Assembly (NCBI RefSeq): GCF_006345805.1 | Contig: NC_042997.1 | Location: 131,812,001-131,876,000 of the forward strand | Origin: Octopus sinensis | Lineage: Eukaryota | DNA: 64,000 bases | Direction of reading: 5' to 3' | Part shown: positions 62,424 to 64,000 of the stretch, piece by piece | Layout: every line of letters begins with the position of its first letter | Numbering within the stretch: the stretch's first letter is position 1 | Position numbers and translations under genes: made by a program | The notes under the pieces: generated by a model | Told to the model about the DNA's origin: nothing | The model's database searches: none | The model's input: the letters and a program-made list of their open reading frames with translations, nothing else

Positions 62424-63631
62424 TACAGGGTATTTGGGCTAAATTTGACAGCTTGCATAAGAAAAAGAAATCAACAAATACGGACTAGATTATGGTTGGG
62501 AGATAACAGTTTTCTCAAAGTGGCTTTTCCCAGCTTCCATCATGACCTCAAGATAGCTTCAGAACCTGACGCAGACTCCTCTTTGAACACTTCATTGGTC
62601 TTGGTGTTACAGGCAACATGGTTGGTGTTTTTCTCAACCTTGCCCCAAGTAATACTTGGAATAACAATGGGGAAATTAGGCCTGAAATTGGGGCTGGTGA
62701 AGTTGTAGAAATTCTCCAACATTTACTTCTGACTCTTTCTGGACATATAACAAGGAGCCAAATCTTGTTCCCACACATATGGCCTACTAGCAGCAACCCT
62801 CTCCAGCCGTGGATTGACCACAGTCTCCAGCAGCTTCAGATAGTCATCTGAATTGACCCTAAGGCCCATTTAAAGACGTGGGGATGAATCCCGGTGTGCA
62901 GACGCAGTCAGAATACCTTCTAGGTCCCTTCCTGCTAGCCTCAGCTTTGTAGTCTTTGTTTCTTTGTTGCTGCTGTCAACATCATGTCTTACAGCCTTTA
63001 CAGAGTTTACAGAGCATTAAGCAATAATCATGGTGTTGCCATTTTGATACCCAGTGCAAATCATCGTGATACAGTTAACTCTTTTCCAATATTCAAATAG
63101 CTTCCAGTCTTCCATGTTAGCTAACTTTCTCTCAACTACAAATCTAATTATTATTAATTCCAATACTACATAGGTGTAGGAGTGGCTGTGTGGTAAGTAG
63201 CTTACTTACAAACCACATGGTTCTGGGTTCAGTCCCACCGTGTGGCACCTTGGGCAAGTGTCCTCTACTATAGCCTCGGGCCAACCAAAGCCTTGTGAGT
63301 GGATTTGGTACACGGAAACTGAAAGAAGCCCGTTGTATATATATATGTGTGTGTGTGTCTGTGTTTGTCCCCCAACGTCACTTGACAACTGATGCTGGTG
63401 TGTTTACATTCCTGTAACTTCTCGGTTTGGCAAAAGAAACCGACAGAATAAGTACTAGGCTTACACAGAATAAGTTCTGGGGTAGATTTGCTCGACTAAA
63501 GGTGGTGCTCCAACATGGCCACAGTCAAATGACTGAAACAAGTAAAAGTAATACTATTGACTGTTCACCAATATATCAAGCTGTTCCTGAAAAAAATCAA
63601 ATAAAAAAATCATCAAATTTAGCCCAAACAC

Positions 63632-63635
<4 letters not shown>
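62424..63635 (-). mobile_element. Internally deleted Tc1/mariner-superfamily (maT-like) transposon with both TIRs
   Basis: TA-cagggtatttgggctaaatttga (62426-62448) and tcaaatttagcccaaacaccatg (63613-63635). Minus-strand relic DDYLKLLETVVNPRLERVAASRPYVWEQDLAPCYMSRKSQK*MLENFYNFTSPNF...WGKVE at about 62545-62840. Confidence 0.8.
63173..63549 (+). mobile_element. Full-length SINE family A nested in the maT-like element
   Basis: Complete head-to-tail copy, with a possible TSD aatacta on both sides. Confidence 0.88.
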
Positions 63636-63667
<32 letters not shown>

Positions 63668-64000
63668 ACAGTTATTTATGAATTTGAAGTTGGTACCCTG
63701 CTCATCAGTGGTCTCACTGTTTACAACATCACTAACCTATAGTGAATATTTACATAGGTGGACAGAGCTATTTGACAGCATACACGACCATTTTGGGGAC
63801 AAATATTTTGCTTTAGGCTATGTTATTGTGCCAGTGAAGCATCATATTAAGTTGTAACAAAAGAAGAAAATGAATAGTTTAAAACTAATGCATTCATGAG
63901 TAATGGACACACTGAAGATAGGTTGAAGACAGCTCAAAGATAGATCCAACATCTCAATCAATGGTTCACTGTATTGTTGAAGGTATGACAAGAAGTGTTT

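Noticed and set aside
17272-63666. Recurring peptides such as CPRCHAVGLNPEPCGW and LQHGRSQMTETSK in many short ORFs
   Set aside because: They are chance translations of SINE family A copies, not a protein family.

Overview
Eukaryotic, very AT-rich genomic DNA. The SINE/LINE and microsatellite content points to an octopus genome (inference). The window is the middle of one plus-strand gene, a glutamate receptor-interacting protein (GRIP1/GRIP2-like multi-PDZ scaffold). Seven confident coding exons (1545-1734, 7748-7887, 10822-10899, 15104-15173, 21972-22117, 23349-23490, 51592-51734) splice in frame through GT-AG introns and encode the PDZ4-PDZ5-PDZ6 region. Two further short exons (44 nt and 30 nt) are phase-compatible candidates. 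The introns hold several tRNA-derived SINE families, RTE, CR1/Jockey and HERO-like LINE ends, mariner and maT-like transposase relics, piggyBac-type MITEs, Helentron-like elements, three long AT-rich foldbacks, a 1070-bp near-perfect tandem duplication and an 8.7-kb degenerate (TA)n array in a 28-kb intron. The most notable signal outside the ORF track is a set of minimal type-I hammerhead ribozyme folds. One (2426-2476) has an intact catalytic core and lies on the sense strand of a GRIP intron. Several sit in short relics docked next to or inside (TA)n tracts. A Ser codon (AGT) at the conserved Gly of the PDZ5 GD motif is a candidate restorative A-to-I recoding site. All repeat family names come from motif recognition, not database searches.
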